DNA of 64,000 bases, taken from assembly GCA_010015805.1 (NCBI GenBank), contig ML978129.1:868001-932000 (forward strand), given 5' to 3'. This document shows, in pieces, positions 13,167 through 26,012 of the stretch (its first letter is position 1; the number at the start of each line of letters is the position of its first letter). The translations under genes and the position numbers were made by a program. The notes beneath the pieces are model-generated. The model made no database searches, was not told where the DNA came from, and was given only the letters and a program-made list of their open reading frames with translations. This DNA comes from Rhizodiscina lignyota. Taxonomy: Eukaryota.

Positions 13167-16100
13167 ATGCGTACAATCCTCCCGGGTAAACCCCAGGCAG
13201 AGCTGCAAGCTGTCACGACTGGGCTTTGGCAAGACAAGCAGATTATTGTGAGTATCAGACCGCCATTACCTAGCAATGTGTGAATTGTAAAGCTCATTCT
13301 GCGCGTAATCGTAGGCATACATATCAGGCAGCGCGCTTGTCATCCTCGATGGACCGAACCATATCCTCCAAACTATCTACGTCGAACAGGACGGCGACTT
13401 GGCAGCAGTGGACTTTGACGAAGGCTCTGGGAAGATAGCGATATGTTCTGCGCACAAAGTCTATATCTACAAGCCATATGGGCATGAGGAAGGGGCTCTG
13501 AAGGTAAATTGAAGTAGGCTGGTTGAGCAGTGCGTGAATTGACAAAGTGTACAGTGGTCATTGCAGTTCGATTGGACTGTCGGAGATGGCAACGACGCAA
13601 TTAGGACACTGTCTTGGGGATCGGATGAAGAATTGCTTGTTGGCGGCTCGAGTTTGAATATCTACTCGACTAACAGCAGCGCAGAGCAGCTCTGGGAAAG
13701 CCAGCTCTCCAGTCCTGCGAAATTCGCTAGCTTCTCCCACGATGCGAGCTTGGTTGCCTCAACCGGAGCCTACGACAGGCTTGTCAAGGTCTGGAAGAGA
13801 ATTATACTCAGTTCTACCGATCAGCGATTCGATCATGGATACCTTCCCCATCCCGCGCCGATCACACAGATGCATTGGAGGAGGGCACGGCATCGGGAGC
13901 AGCATATGGATAATGTCCTATATACAGTGTGCGCGGACAAGAAGCTACGAGTGTGGGCTCCAATGGACCCCCATGGTCTTCAGGTCCTGCAGCAGTGGGC
14001 TGAGATTGATCTGATGGAATCAATTCAGCCAAGGTCTATCGCGCTCGCAGACCGGTCGCCGAGAAGATTTGCGTTTGTCATAGACAGCCGGGAGTTTTCT
14101 CTTGCGACTGAGCGTGCTGTACAGCAAGCTTCTGATGCAGAGGCAGAGCAGCACGGTCTGGCACACCTAATCGAGATTGCGAATCGTAATCCGGAAGTCT
14201 GTGTCGTCCTCGATGACAGGGGCAACATGTCAGCTTGGGGTCTTGAAAGAGTCGGTTGCAAAGACCGGCAGACATCAGACATATTCAATGTTGCCCACGT
14301 CGAAGGCTTGCACCTGCATTTACCCTCAGAGTTCTCCAAGAATCAGGACTACATCCGGTTCTACAACTTCAGCGGAAACTCGTTTACTCTACTTGCGCAT
14401 CATTTTGATGGGCGATTAGAGTGGTTTGAGTGTAGGCTTGACCAGTTGTTCGATCCCTCGCGAAAAGGCAATCGTCTTACTCAGAGAACCACCTGGACCG
14501 GCCACTCCAGCGAGATCAAGAAGGCTGTACGCACTGCGACTGGTAAAGCTCTCATTTCGCGCACTGTTGACAATGAGAGTATTGTTTGGAAGCAAAAGAG
14601 AACTGAGTCCGGCGTGATATTGACAAGGCACAGCACGCTCTCGACTCAGGAGCATATCCATCGCTCCTGGGTGTTGCACGAAGGCAACTTTGTCATCCTT
14701 TTACACCATGAGAGCATCTCTATTTGGAGCACGTGGACAGCAAGGGCGGTGGAGATTGCGAGGAGACCGTATTCCCTCCCTGGAAAGGCACTGTGCCTCA
14801 TAAGAATCCCAGAGACGCAAGCCGAGAGTGGAGTAGTCTATGTGGCTACTATTACTTCAGAGTTCAAAGGTGTGGGGTGGGAGATACACCTCCCATCAAG
14901 AAACGACAAAGATTCAACTCAAGCCACGATACTTGATTTCGGAAAGTTCGAACTAGGCTCTGGGGACGACCTATCTTTTGTATTACCTGTCGATCCTGCG
15001 GGCACCGCGCCAGTGATCTCTGGATTCCTGGATGTGTTCGCTCGTGATATTGCTATTTCCTACACGCATTCAGGAGTCTTAGAGTCATGGACTGCTCGAG
15101 TCAACGTGCAGGAGCGGAAACTTGAATGGTTGAATACGTCTACGGTCCACACTGGCGTCGAGAACCCATCATTGGCCAGTGGAACTTCTATTCGCAAAGC
15201 CGCGGTTGTCGATGCGGACAAGACCTCGCTCACCATCTGGAGTACTCGGAGCGGACAGCTTGAGCATCAAGAAAGCTTTGAAGGCCAAGGCGCCATCCAA
15301 GACATAGATTGGTCTTCAACTCCAGATAACCAATCCATTCTGGCAGTGGGCTTTCCGTATCGGGTTGTCATATTCACACAGATGCGTTTCGACTACATCA
15401 ACGCAGGGCCATCCTGGGCAGCCATTCGGGAAATCAACATTCGAGATCTTACCCCTCATCCCATTGGTGACTCTGTCTGGCTAGGCAGTGGCAACCTCGT
15501 CATTGGAGCTGGCAATCAGCTATTCGTGCAAGATGACAAGATTCAAGTATCAGATGGCTTACTGCCAGATTTCCGAGCAACCTCAAAAGCAAAACAGGAA
15601 TTGGATCTATTCACAGTAGTCAGTCGACTGAATGGGCCATTGCCTGTCTATCACCCTCAGTTCTTGGCACAATGTATATTGTCTGGGAAGATGGCTCTCG
15701 TGCAGCGCCTGCTCATCACGTTCTACAAGAAGTTGAAGTTCTTTACAGAGGGCGACGAGATGGATGAGCTACTTGGCCTTGATCCAGAGCATTTACCAAG
15801 CGAAGAAGATGTAAGTTCGATCTGCAGGCGTAACAAGAATTGTCTACTGACTCTGAGCAAGATGGGCGGGTCTGCACGAAAGGAGATGCACTCCTCATAT
15901 GTCGATTTCGAAGATGACGAAGATCCCGAGACTGTCACTGAAGAGGTTGCAAGCTCACTCACCGAACTATTGACAAAGCACCAAGTGCCGCAACTGTCTA
16001 GTCGTGAGCAGTTCAATCTTGTCGACATTGTCGAATGCGTTGGCACAGTTGAGAAGCATCGACGCTCCATCGATGACAATGGGTGCCGGTTCTTACTTTT

Positions 16101-17449
16101 CTTCCGCCAGCACGTCCTCAGAGCCGGCCACAGCGCAACGCAAGTACCAATCGCGTGGCGAGAGATCACTTGGGCGTATCACAGCGGAAGCCAAGATATT
16201 CTCGTGGACCTCGTTTCAAGGCATTTTCAAGGCCGGATGCTGTGGCACCATGCGAGAGAGAGTGGAATGTTCATGTGGATGACGGACTTGACTGCTTTGG
16301 TACGCGCCAATGACTTTTCCGGAATGATCTCTCACTAACTGCTTACAGAGGACTCAATTCGAAAACATTGCCAGAAATGAGTACACCAAGACGGATGAGA
16401 AGAACCCCGTTGACTGCAGCTTGTACTATATGGCACTCAAGAAGAAGGCGGTGCTTGTCGGCCTGTGGCGCATGGCGACATGGAATCGAGAACAGTCGAC
16501 AACGCAACGTTTCCTTAGCAATAATTTCAACGAGGCCCGATGGCGAACAGCGGCAATGAAGAATGCCTATGCACTGATGGGCAAGCACCGCTTCGCGTAC
16601 GCCGCCGCATTCTTCCTTCTTGGAGACAACCTGAAAGATGCAGTGAGCGTGCTGTCAAACCAGATGGGAGACACACAGCTGGCAATTGCGGTTGCTCGTG
16701 TCTACGAAGGCGATGACGGCCCTGTGCTAAGAGAATTTCTGGAAGAGAAAGTCCTGCCGCAAGCAGTGATGGAAGGCAACCGCTGGCTGGCAACCTGGGC
16801 GTTCTGGATGCTGAACAAGCGGGACAGGGCCGTTCGATCTCTCGTATCGCCACTTTCCAACCTCATGAGCCCAGCAGAGACTCCGAACCTGCAATCGAAG
16901 CTCTTCCTGACGGATGATCCAGCACTTATCGTGCTTTACAAACAGCTACGCGCCAAGTCGTTGCAGACCCTTCGTGGAGCGCTGGCAGTTTCGCCAAAGG
17001 CAGAATGGGAGTTCATTCTCCACACTGCCAGGCTATACGTCCGCATGGGCTGTGACACTCTCGCTCTCGACCTTGTCAAGACATGGGAATTCCTCAATCC
17101 GCCAGCACCGCCGCAACCGACACCTCTCTCACCCCTCCCGACGAAATTCCCATCGCATTCTATGCATTCGCCGACTCTGAACTCTCATCACCCATCTGCG
17201 CTGGATGGATTCGACTTCGACCCGAGGCAGATCCTTCGGCGACGCAGCTCTCTTGTCGTCGCGGATCTGCCGACCCGCGCTACTATTCGATCCGCTCTGC
17301 AGGAAGGACAAGAGAATGGCACGAGTAAAGAGAACGAGAACGCGGAGTCGGAGAAAAAGACAGAGCCGCTGCAGGAGAAGAAGAAGCCGCCCCCGACGCA
17401 GTTCCAGGAGCCAGATGCAAGCAGCTTGTTGGATTCGTTTGGATTTTGA
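13167..17449 (+). CDS. RAV1: Rav1/Rabconnectin-3alpha, WD-repeat subunit of the RAVE complex
   Basis: Start MRTILPGKPQ, WD repeats, Rav1p_C motifs (LPVYHPQFL, WRTAAMKNAYALMGKHRF, AAAFFLLGD); introns ~13248-13314, ~13504-13554, 15811-15861, ~16300-16348. Confidence 0.93.
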
Positions 17450-17842
17450 TTGCGATTGGAGCATGGCGTCTTGGTTGCAGTTGTTATTCGAATGTGTTAG
17501 TACGACCTGTGATTATCATTTCTTAGGGGCTCTGCATAGGTCACTGCATAATTATGTATCATATTCTCTTGACATTGTATTAATCTTATCTGAGCATCAC
17601 GGCTTGGGTTGTACTGTTGACGATATGTAAGATCCATCCATAAGGATGCTAATTCATAAAACCTTTCGTACAAAACCATTGGCATTTAAGTATACCGGAG
17701 AGGGGATATAGACCTTGATTCCATGACAAATCCACGCTCATGCTCTAATATACAGCATAGATTCTAAACGCCTGTCCCATGCTACTGTACAGTGTACCAG
17801 GCCCTATAGAGCCACGAGAGTGCCTTGTCTTTCCTCATATCT

Positions 17843-18203
17843 TTATGATGCATCCGTCGAGGGGATATTGAACCCGAAGCCCGCCATGCAACTTCTGTAC
17901 TTCGAGACCATGTCTTGACAAGCCTCTTGCGGGTTGGCGGCCGTGGAGAAGAGCATGCATTCGTCGCGAGCGGCTTTCTCTTCTTTGCATACGCAACATG
18001 GCTGTACACGTGTTAACGTCCGCTGTCCTCAGACTATTGGACTGTGCCAGGTCGGGCATACCTTGGGCTTCTCTGTGGCGTTGGTGGTGGGCTTGAGGTC
18101 GGCGGCCATGTTGCCGGATGTAGCGGTTGCTATGTGGCCATCAGTCGTGATGAATACAGATGATGAGTGGCTTGAGCTTCTTACGTCTTTGTATCGCGTC
18201 CAT
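17843..18203 (-). CDS. COX17: Cox17 mitochondrial copper chaperone (3 exons; not present as an ORF in the track)
   Basis: Exons 18203-18185, 18129-18062 and 18001-17843 give MDAIQRPTATSGNMAADLKPTTNATEKPKPCCVCKEEKAARDECMLFSTAANPQEACQDMVSKYRSCMAGFGFNIPSTDAS*; CCxC plus twin CX9C. Confidence 0.93.
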
Positions 18204-18445
18204 GGTGTATGTACAAGGTGAATTGAAGCAGTCTCCGGTGGATATGTAATCCGCACAGAATGTTGAAGCTCGAGGTCCCGATGGCGCTTGCAGGGATCAG
18301 GGGTGTAGTTCTAGCGCAGTTATGCGATGTTGACGATGCAAACTTCCACCCAAAACAAAAAATCCAAAACATTACCACCTTTTCCCACCACTCTTGCATA
18401 CATTCAAATACTCTGCTCTCTTGCTCATACCGTCACGACTAAATC

Positions 18446-19727
18446 ATGGCATCTCGAAAGACGTTTTCGCTCCTCGGAAAAGGGCTTAAGCTCGACTCTG
18501 CGGAGGACATAGCACCCCACATCCAGGCGCTGAAGGACGACCCTGACGTCGAGGAAGTGCAATTCACAGGCAATACATTGGGCGTCGGGGCTTCTGAAGC
18601 CTTGGCTGCAGTCTTGCAAACAAAATCCAAGCTCCAAGTAAGTCTCTCCGTTACCTACCCAAAACATGTCACTGACAATCTCCCAGGTGGTAAAACTCGA
18701 CGACATCTTCACCTCGCGCCTCCTCTCCGAAATCCCGTCCGCGCTCGAAGCGCTCCTCCAAGCGTGCCTCAAACTGCCGCAGCTGCACACCATCGACCTC
18801 TCCGACAACGCGTTCGGCCTCAACACCCAAGCCCCGCTCGTTTCCTTCCTCTCGCAGCACACGCCGCTGCAGCACCTCATCCTCAACAACAACGGCCTGG
18901 GCCCGCAAGCAGGCACGTACATTGCGAACGCGCTGACCGAGCTCGCGGCCAAGAAGGCGAAGGCGGATGCGCCGAAGCTGCAGACGGTCGTGTGCGGGCG
19001 CAACAGACTCGAGAGCGGGAGCATGGAGGCGTGGGCGAAGTGCTATGCTGCGAACACGGGGGTGCAGACGGTGAAGATGGTGCAGAATGGGATAAGGCAG
19101 GAAGGCGTGGCGCTGCTGCTTAAGCAGGGGCTGAGGAATGTGGGCAGCTTGAAGGTGCTGGATCTGCAGGATAATACGTTCACGCCGGTGGGCGCGAGGG
19201 CGCTGGGCGATGTCATTGGGGAGTGGGGACTGCTGGAAGAGCTTGGGGTGGGCGATTGCCTGCTCAGTGCGCGGGGAGGGGTGATGCTGGGCGAGGCGCT
19301 GATGAATGGGAGGAATGGCAAGTTGGAGGTGCTGAGGCTGCAGTATGGCGATGTGGACGCGAAGACTGTGAAGGGGCTGGCTGATGCTGTGGCGGCGGGG
19401 AAGCTGCCGGCATTGCGAAGAGTGGAACTGAATGGCAACAAGTTCAGCGAGGAGGATGTGCATCTGGAGAGGCTGAAGGAGGCGCTGGATGAGCGAAGGG
19501 ACGAGGCTGGCGCTGATGCTGAGGATGAGAATTGGGGCATCGACGAGCTGGATGAATTGGAGGAGGAGAGCGAGGAGGAAGAGGAAGAGGAGGCTGAAGA
19601 GGAAGGAGACGAGGAGGCCAAGGTGGTGGAGGAAGCGAAGCAGGCGCAAGAGGAGAACGTGGCGCAGGAGAAGGACAAGAAGGTCGATGAGCTGGCAGAT
19701 TTGCTGGACAAGACGGAGATCAAGTAG
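18446..19727 (+). CDS. RNA1: Ran GTPase-activating protein (leucine-rich repeats with acidic tail)
   Basis: GNTLGV, DDIFTSRL, DLSDNAFG, GRNRLE and LDLQDNTF motifs; acidic C-terminus; intron 18638-18686. Confidence 0.95.
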
Positions 19728-20612
19728 GCGAACTGCTGCATTGGGCAAGAGGTTATGGTGGAGTGTGGAGTTGGACCCTGATATCATGCATCGGTGTGGA
19801 GTGTGGAGGCGCAATATTGCCACGAGTGTGCGGACTGGCTTGTTCAATACCATAGACAGCACTTTGGATTATCGAAGACAATGAAATTAAACCTTCCAAA
19901 TTCGAGAAATGGAGCCTTGCGTATGTATAGATGTATAGTTCATGCAGCAGTCGGGCGAGAGAGGTGCTGGGATTGGGGCAGCAAATGAGGTGCGCTCATC
20001 CCGCTGTTCTTGCGCTGCGGTCGGTACGATGCCGCGTGCCTTGCATTATCGACTTGCTGCGAAATTTATAAGCCGTTCGCAGCGGGACATTGGATGTGTT
20101 TGTCATGACATGTATACTCGCCGTGGAGAATTACATGGCAATGCGCGTTTGCGTGTTGACGTCGCTATCAGATAAAGGGAGCTGAACACGAGGGCGGGGT
20201 ACTTCGCCTGCTCACGCCCATCGTCAGGCGCTGATCAGTCGGCGGATCACTGGACACTGCTGGCCCGGCTGACCATCGCGCCAGCATAGCGACGCTTCAC
20301 TGCCACCGCTACTTGCCAACCTCAACGCCATTACTGTCTCTTTCCTGCTCTTCTTCCGCCATACACTGTCAGTAACTCTTGGTCGCCCAGCAGTCTACAT
20401 GATCCTTCCCGCGCCATCTTCCACAAAGAGAAGAGCGCGACTCTACCCTGGCCACAGGACCCACGGCCAAGCTGCGATACCGGTTTACGTCAACGCTCTG
20501 CGAGGCCGGCGGTGAACAAGGGAAATCCTGATTCTTTTCGAACATACACGCTGAGACTCTGAAGAGGATATCGGATAGCAGGCGACATCTGGACAAGAGA
20601 AGGCAGATCGCA

Positions 20613-22076
20613 ATGGAGCGTGTCGCATCAGAGCATGCTGGCGAGGGCAGGGACTCCAACACACCGACGCAGAGGGGAAATACAGCTCGCGCTCCAAATG
20701 GTGTGCAGTCCGCCATCCAAATGGGCGGGAGAGTACGGTCGGATGGTATGTTACCCGTCTTTACTATTGTGGAGTGATTCCTCTTCATCGCGTGCTCGTC
20801 TTATCTCCGCTGCCATGTCCTTGTCCATTCGTTGAGCGCTTCTTCACCTTTCTCGGGCACAAATCATACAAAGAACAAGTGACTAATGGACGTCGATGCA
20901 GACTCCTGGATCGAAGTGTCCTCTCAGCCTTCCTCGTCCTCCCTCTCTTCAGCCGGCGCACCATCTCCAGCTGACGAAATCATCACCACCGGCCTACGCA
21001 TCCAGCACGACTCCAACGCCCAACGAAGACGAAGACAGCTGGACCGCGCGCGCACAGGCGGACTACATATGGCGCAATCACCACGAGGTGCTAGCAGCAG
21101 CCAGGAGGAATACGAGGAGAGCGAGAGCGAATCAGACAGAGTGATGACGTCGTCCAACGAAGGCCTGGCAGCGCCCAGCCCACTGCAACGGGAGTGGAGG
21201 CCTTCCATGTCATCCACCTCGAGCAATCTGGGCGACGGAGAAGACGAGGACAGCGATGAGAACGCAACAGCCATAAACGTTGGTCGCGGCGCACAGCCGC
21301 ACCTTTCCTTCCAGCCGCAACCCAACGCATTCAACCGCCCTCCCTCAACAAGCGGCCAGCGAGCGCAATCCGCACAGCTCTACAACCCATCATCCGCGAC
21401 ACGGCCAGCAGTGCGCTCAGGCTCCCAACGACATTCTTACCCCACACAGCGCCAGACACAGCACACGCCATTCAACGCAATATCCCCATCTTACCAAGCC
21501 GATCATGACGCCGCTCTGCGCGCAAGCCTCTCCACCCTCCTCTCCTGCGCCGCAGCAGCCCGGGGCCTACCCAAGTCCGGCAATGCTCCCGGGACAGCGC
21601 CAGGCCCATCCGCACGAATAGAACCTACCGGTCTCCGCATCGTCCCCGAATCCGACATCCTTGGCCCCTCTCCGCCGGACACAAGGTCGCGCCGTACCAA
21701 CGCTGGAACCTCCTCCCCGCGCTCCCGCAGCGCCGACAAATCCAAGCGGCGCGGCTCCAGCAAAGACCGCTCTCGCGCCGCGAAGAAGCGGCGAGCGAGC
21801 TCGAACACGGGCGGCTTTGCGGGCCATGTGCCGTACTCGAGCTACGGGTTTGGGAGCTACAGTATCGACGACATCTCGCCGACACTGCTCACGTGGGTGG
21901 TCAGTGCGGGCGTCGTGGTGCTGGTCAGCGCGCTGAGCTTCTCCGCCGGCTATGTGGTTGGGAAGGAGGCGGGGCGGACGGAGGCGGTTGGCGGAGTAGG
22001 GAGCTGTGGGAGGGAGGTTGTTGGGAGTGTGAGGGGGAGCGGGCTGAGGAGGAGTCTTGTCGAGCGCGTTTACTGA
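20613..22076 (+). CDS. Uncharacterised fungal protein, largely disordered, with a C-terminal TM anchor (candidate Atg43-like autophagy receptor)
   Basis: Exon 20613-20745 splices via intron 20746-20901 (GTATGT...CTAAT...CAG) in frame to the 20886 ORF; motifs DDSWIEV and DHDAALRASLSTLLSCAAAAR; TM segment WVVSAGVVVLVSALSFSAGYVVG. Confidence 0.75.
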
Positions 22077-22720
22077 GGCACTGAGGCGAGACGGGATGTT
22101 TTGCAAATGGGTGGATGAATGACTGGATGGTTGGATGAACGAGCGATGACGGGACGATGCGATGGCTCGACGACTGATCAAGAAGGCATGACATTTTCTT
22201 CACCTGTTGACTTTTGATTTAATAAGAGCTCGGAAAACAAGCATTGTTATTCAGCGGATCATCACTCCGGAGCGTCTGATCCCGATATATTGGCATTCAT
22301 CTGGCGCGTCCTAGAGAGATGGTGGCATTCGCATCCGAGATTCTATGTTTCTCTTGATTTGGTTCCTTCACTTCTCACTTTTGCCTGTCTGCGGTACGGA
22401 GGCTTAGATCTTAACGTACTTGATGGATGTTGTTTTGGCTCTTCACTTCATACCCTACTGAAAGCAAGCACGAAAGAGCCAGTTTTTGCGGCACAGGCAC
22501 AGCATATAGCATGCGCATATCTCATGTGTTTGGAGTTTGGGGGGGCTTGATAGGGTCCTTCTGGGCAATAATAAACTCAGATATCATTGGTCTGGGCCCT
22601 TTATGATACTGCGGACATCTTGTGATACGTATCCGCTCCCTTCGTCTCAACAATTTCGCGGAGGCGGAGTGTTCTGTTGAACTGCTTCTACGGCCACGCG
22701 TCCACGGAGCTTGCGAGCAT

Positions 22721-22943
22721 GCTCGACGTCTACGGGCACTATGCTTGAGCGAAGCGGTCAGAGGCACGAGAAGCGGGCTCGACGTCTACTGGCACCATGC
22801 CCAGGTGAGGCTGTCGAGGCACGAGAATCAAGCTCAATGTCTACCTGCACACGGTGCAGGTGAGGCTGTCGCAGGTACCAGAGGTATGGTCAATGTCTGC
22901 GGGCAGGATGCTCCGGGGAAGCCGTCGCAGATCTCAGAAGCAG
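22721..22943. repeat. Degenerate tandem minisatellite, ~4 copies of 55-56 nt
   Basis: Units start at 22721, 22777, 22832 and 22888; shared pattern gctc(g/a)a(c/t)gtct...gca...g(t/c)ga(g/a)gc.gtc...agg. Confidence 0.85.
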
Positions 22944-25900
22944 TCAGTGCCAGGACGTGCGTCGATTGCTCTCCAGCACGTTGTTTGCAGCGATCGGGAG
23001 CCAGAGATCTGCCTGGCCAGGCCAGCCCCTCGAGCACGGTATTCACTTTACAGCAGAACCTTACGTCAACGTCGTGCCTGGACCGCCCCACGGGGACGCC
23101 ATCTGCAGGACAGTGAGGATGCTGGATCACTTTCTCTCCACATATGTAGCTACCGCCAAATGTCAACTGCAGGTGCAGGATGAAAAGCTTCAGCACTCAT
23201 ACTTACTCGAGTTGTCGGCGAGCGCATCTCAAGCATGTCACGACAGGCCTTGAAACCCATGTCGTCGACATTCGAAGCTCGCTGGACTTCGAGTCCTCGT
23301 TGCACGAATAGGCGTCGTGTGTTCGACTCCCCACCCCGTCGGACCGTTACGTTTCAGACGCCCGGCGCGATATCGTAGCGTCCCATGCGGGCTGGACGCG
23401 TCGCTCGGAGCGCGTCCCGTCGACCGGCCATTTGCAGCAACCCTTTCTGCGCTGCAGAGTCGAGTACAGCTGTATGCAGGAAGAGTCACGCCTGCGACGC
23501 TCGACGCTGTGCGAGTGCAGGGTGATAGTGAGGGCAAAAGAATGGATCGGCATGCGGGTGCCCGTGACTATGGGGGAATTCCACGCAGCTGGAAAATCGT
23601 GTGGATCAGGGTCGAGATCTCGATTAGATAATTTTTCTTTCGTTCATGGCTGAGCCTGTACCACGGTTATTTGGAATGCTCGTCGCCCCGCCGGATCTGC
23701 GGTTGCAGGTCGAACGACGATTTGTATTCTCCGCCTGTCGGCTCCATACGTCGTGCGTGTGATTCGTGCGAGAATGGGTTGACATGTAGAAATGCCGTAG
23801 TGGGACTGGGAGGGGCGAGAGGGTGAATATATCATCATCACACATAAGTCTTGCGTCGAGGGAAACCGGTGTTCCACGAGTTCCGGTTCGTTGGCTTCTC
23901 TTTCTTTTCTCTTGAATGATAGCCAGATGGTAAGCGGAAATAATTGGAGAAAAGGCGCCGCATCTTCTTAGTCTGCATGCCAGACAGTCCAGGCTAAGCC
24001 TTGTGGACCTTTACTTTTTTGTGATATTTCCAGCCTTTGGTAAATCCAGGTGCTATTGTTTTCCAATTTCTGGCTTGGCAAAAAGTAAAAAAAGGCACGA
24101 AACATCCCACCAGTGGCTGCTGGCATGACTCGCCTCGCTAGGAACAATCGCAGATCGCGATTATCGATAAAGCAATCTCGCGTCGATCAAGGCGTCCGTA
24201 AATGCAGAGTGCCGCATGCCGAAGAAACGTTTGTGCGGAAGAAGCAAAGACGGATGTCGCGGATGCCCGAAGTATCAAGGTGGTCACTCTAGACTCTCGT
24301 TCTTGACAACAAACTTGACAATGAAGGTTCCGAGGAGATCAGCAGCGTGGACCTTGTGTGGGGCCCATGTGGGTGCCGCGTGGATGGGTTTGCTATCACC
24401 CAAAGGCTAAGGGAACCCCGTCCGAAGACGAGGGATGGACATGGGCTGAAGCCGCTGCGGAGCGCAGCCGGACGCTGCTGATTTGATATCAGGCGAATCC
24501 GGTGGAGGGGGCAGGAACAGTTAAGTGTGCAGTTGAAGGGAGTTTTGGGACGGTCATGGTCAGAACTGGGATGGACGTGGTTGCTCGTGCGAGAGAAGGG
24601 CATTGTAGGTGGATGATGAGACGGCAAGCGGCGAGTGACATTCCGAAGTGGTATCGCAATACCTTGAACGCTCGTTGAACGGGGTGGACGGGGTGAACGG
24701 GTAAGAAGCAAGTCGTCGACACAGCAAGATGTAAGCCTCTGAGCCTGGCCGTGGCCATCACGTTGAACGTGTGAGCGCTTTGCATGGAGCGGAGACGGGG
24801 GAGCCACAGAGAAAGTGTTGCGTGGCATATCGTATCTTGCTCCAAACTCGAGCATGGCCGCCGCTCTTGCAGTTTGCGAGCTCCAGCCACGAGAGCGCCA
24901 TGCCCTGAGCGTCTCCAACCGTTCACCACCCGATTTGCCTTCTGCCGGGCTATATACTAAATATGCTGTGCGTGGGATTCCTGTGGCACCCCCTTTCCCC
25001 ACAGGGCAAGTTGGGTGCCGTAAACGTCCATGGACAGGTAAAAGTGCGTGCAATGACGTGCAGGCGCCTATTCGCTCGGGCGCTGCGATGCGAAGAAAGC
25101 AGGACAAAACGAAAGGGTACGTGCAGCGGGGAGCGGAGGGAAGATTCTGAAACCTGGAGTGTCCCCGTCAGCGAGCGTGTCTGCTTCCGCACCAGCATTC
25201 TCGAGTCATTGCTCGCGAACATGGTGCCTCGGGGACGTCGACGCTCTCCACGGCGGGCGAGCAGGGTGGGTCGGAGGTTGTATTGAACAGCCTTGCCCGC
25301 CCGCCCTCGTCTGGGGCAGGCTGGCTGTCATTTCGCTGTAATCACGGCATGTCTGCTCGGAAGAGATAGTGGGCCGCAACGAGTGGGGATGCTGTATATA
25401 GAGGGGAAATGAAACATGAGGTTGTTGGTGGCACAGGGCGAGCAGAAGGAGCTCTCCGAGACGCATGTGTGGTTATACCAATGCTGGGAGGGCCACAGCT
25501 GGTGTCGCACGAGATATAGCGAGTATAAAAAGAGGCAGCGGAAAGGGACAGGAGCGTTCCCGCAAGGGGAAGGTGGAATCCGGGGTTCTGGTACGGATGC
25601 CCCTAGCAGCGCTCTCTGCGATTGCGCTGCTGTCGAGCTCGTATCGTCCCATCCGCGTTGCTTTTTGCCAGCGCGATCAAAATGAACTGCAAAACACCAT
25701 CCCGGCGCAGCCCCTGGCGCAGAGGGCAATTGTGCCGCAGCGTTTGTCGCTTGCGCCGAAAGCGTAAGGCGGGCACAGGTACCTGATGTACCTGTACGCG
25801 CGGGAAGGAGTGCCACGAGGAGAGGGCCAAGCCGCACATCTCAGAGCGTCTGCATTTCGCCCAATGGGAAGGGCGCCTGCACTTTTTGGAATTCCGCCAT

Positions 25901-26012
25901 GCAATCGGCCTCGATTTGCTTGGTGGAGATGACTCGTAATAGGCACCCCGGCTCAGCGTGGCTGCTCTAAGCGTGAATCTCTCCCCCTTCCGGCGCACGC
26001 CCGGCTGAGCGC

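Noticed and set aside
18669..19862. 397-aa antisense ORF over RNA1 (and similar antisense ORFs over the SDR, SNU114 and the 20.6-kb gene)
   Set aside because: Mirror frames produced by codon bias on the coding strand; the Leu/His/Gln-rich products have no protein-like motifs
22721..22943. CRISPR-like array interpretation of the 56-nt repeat
   Set aside because: Eukaryotic context, degenerate full-length units without unique spacers, and no cas genes
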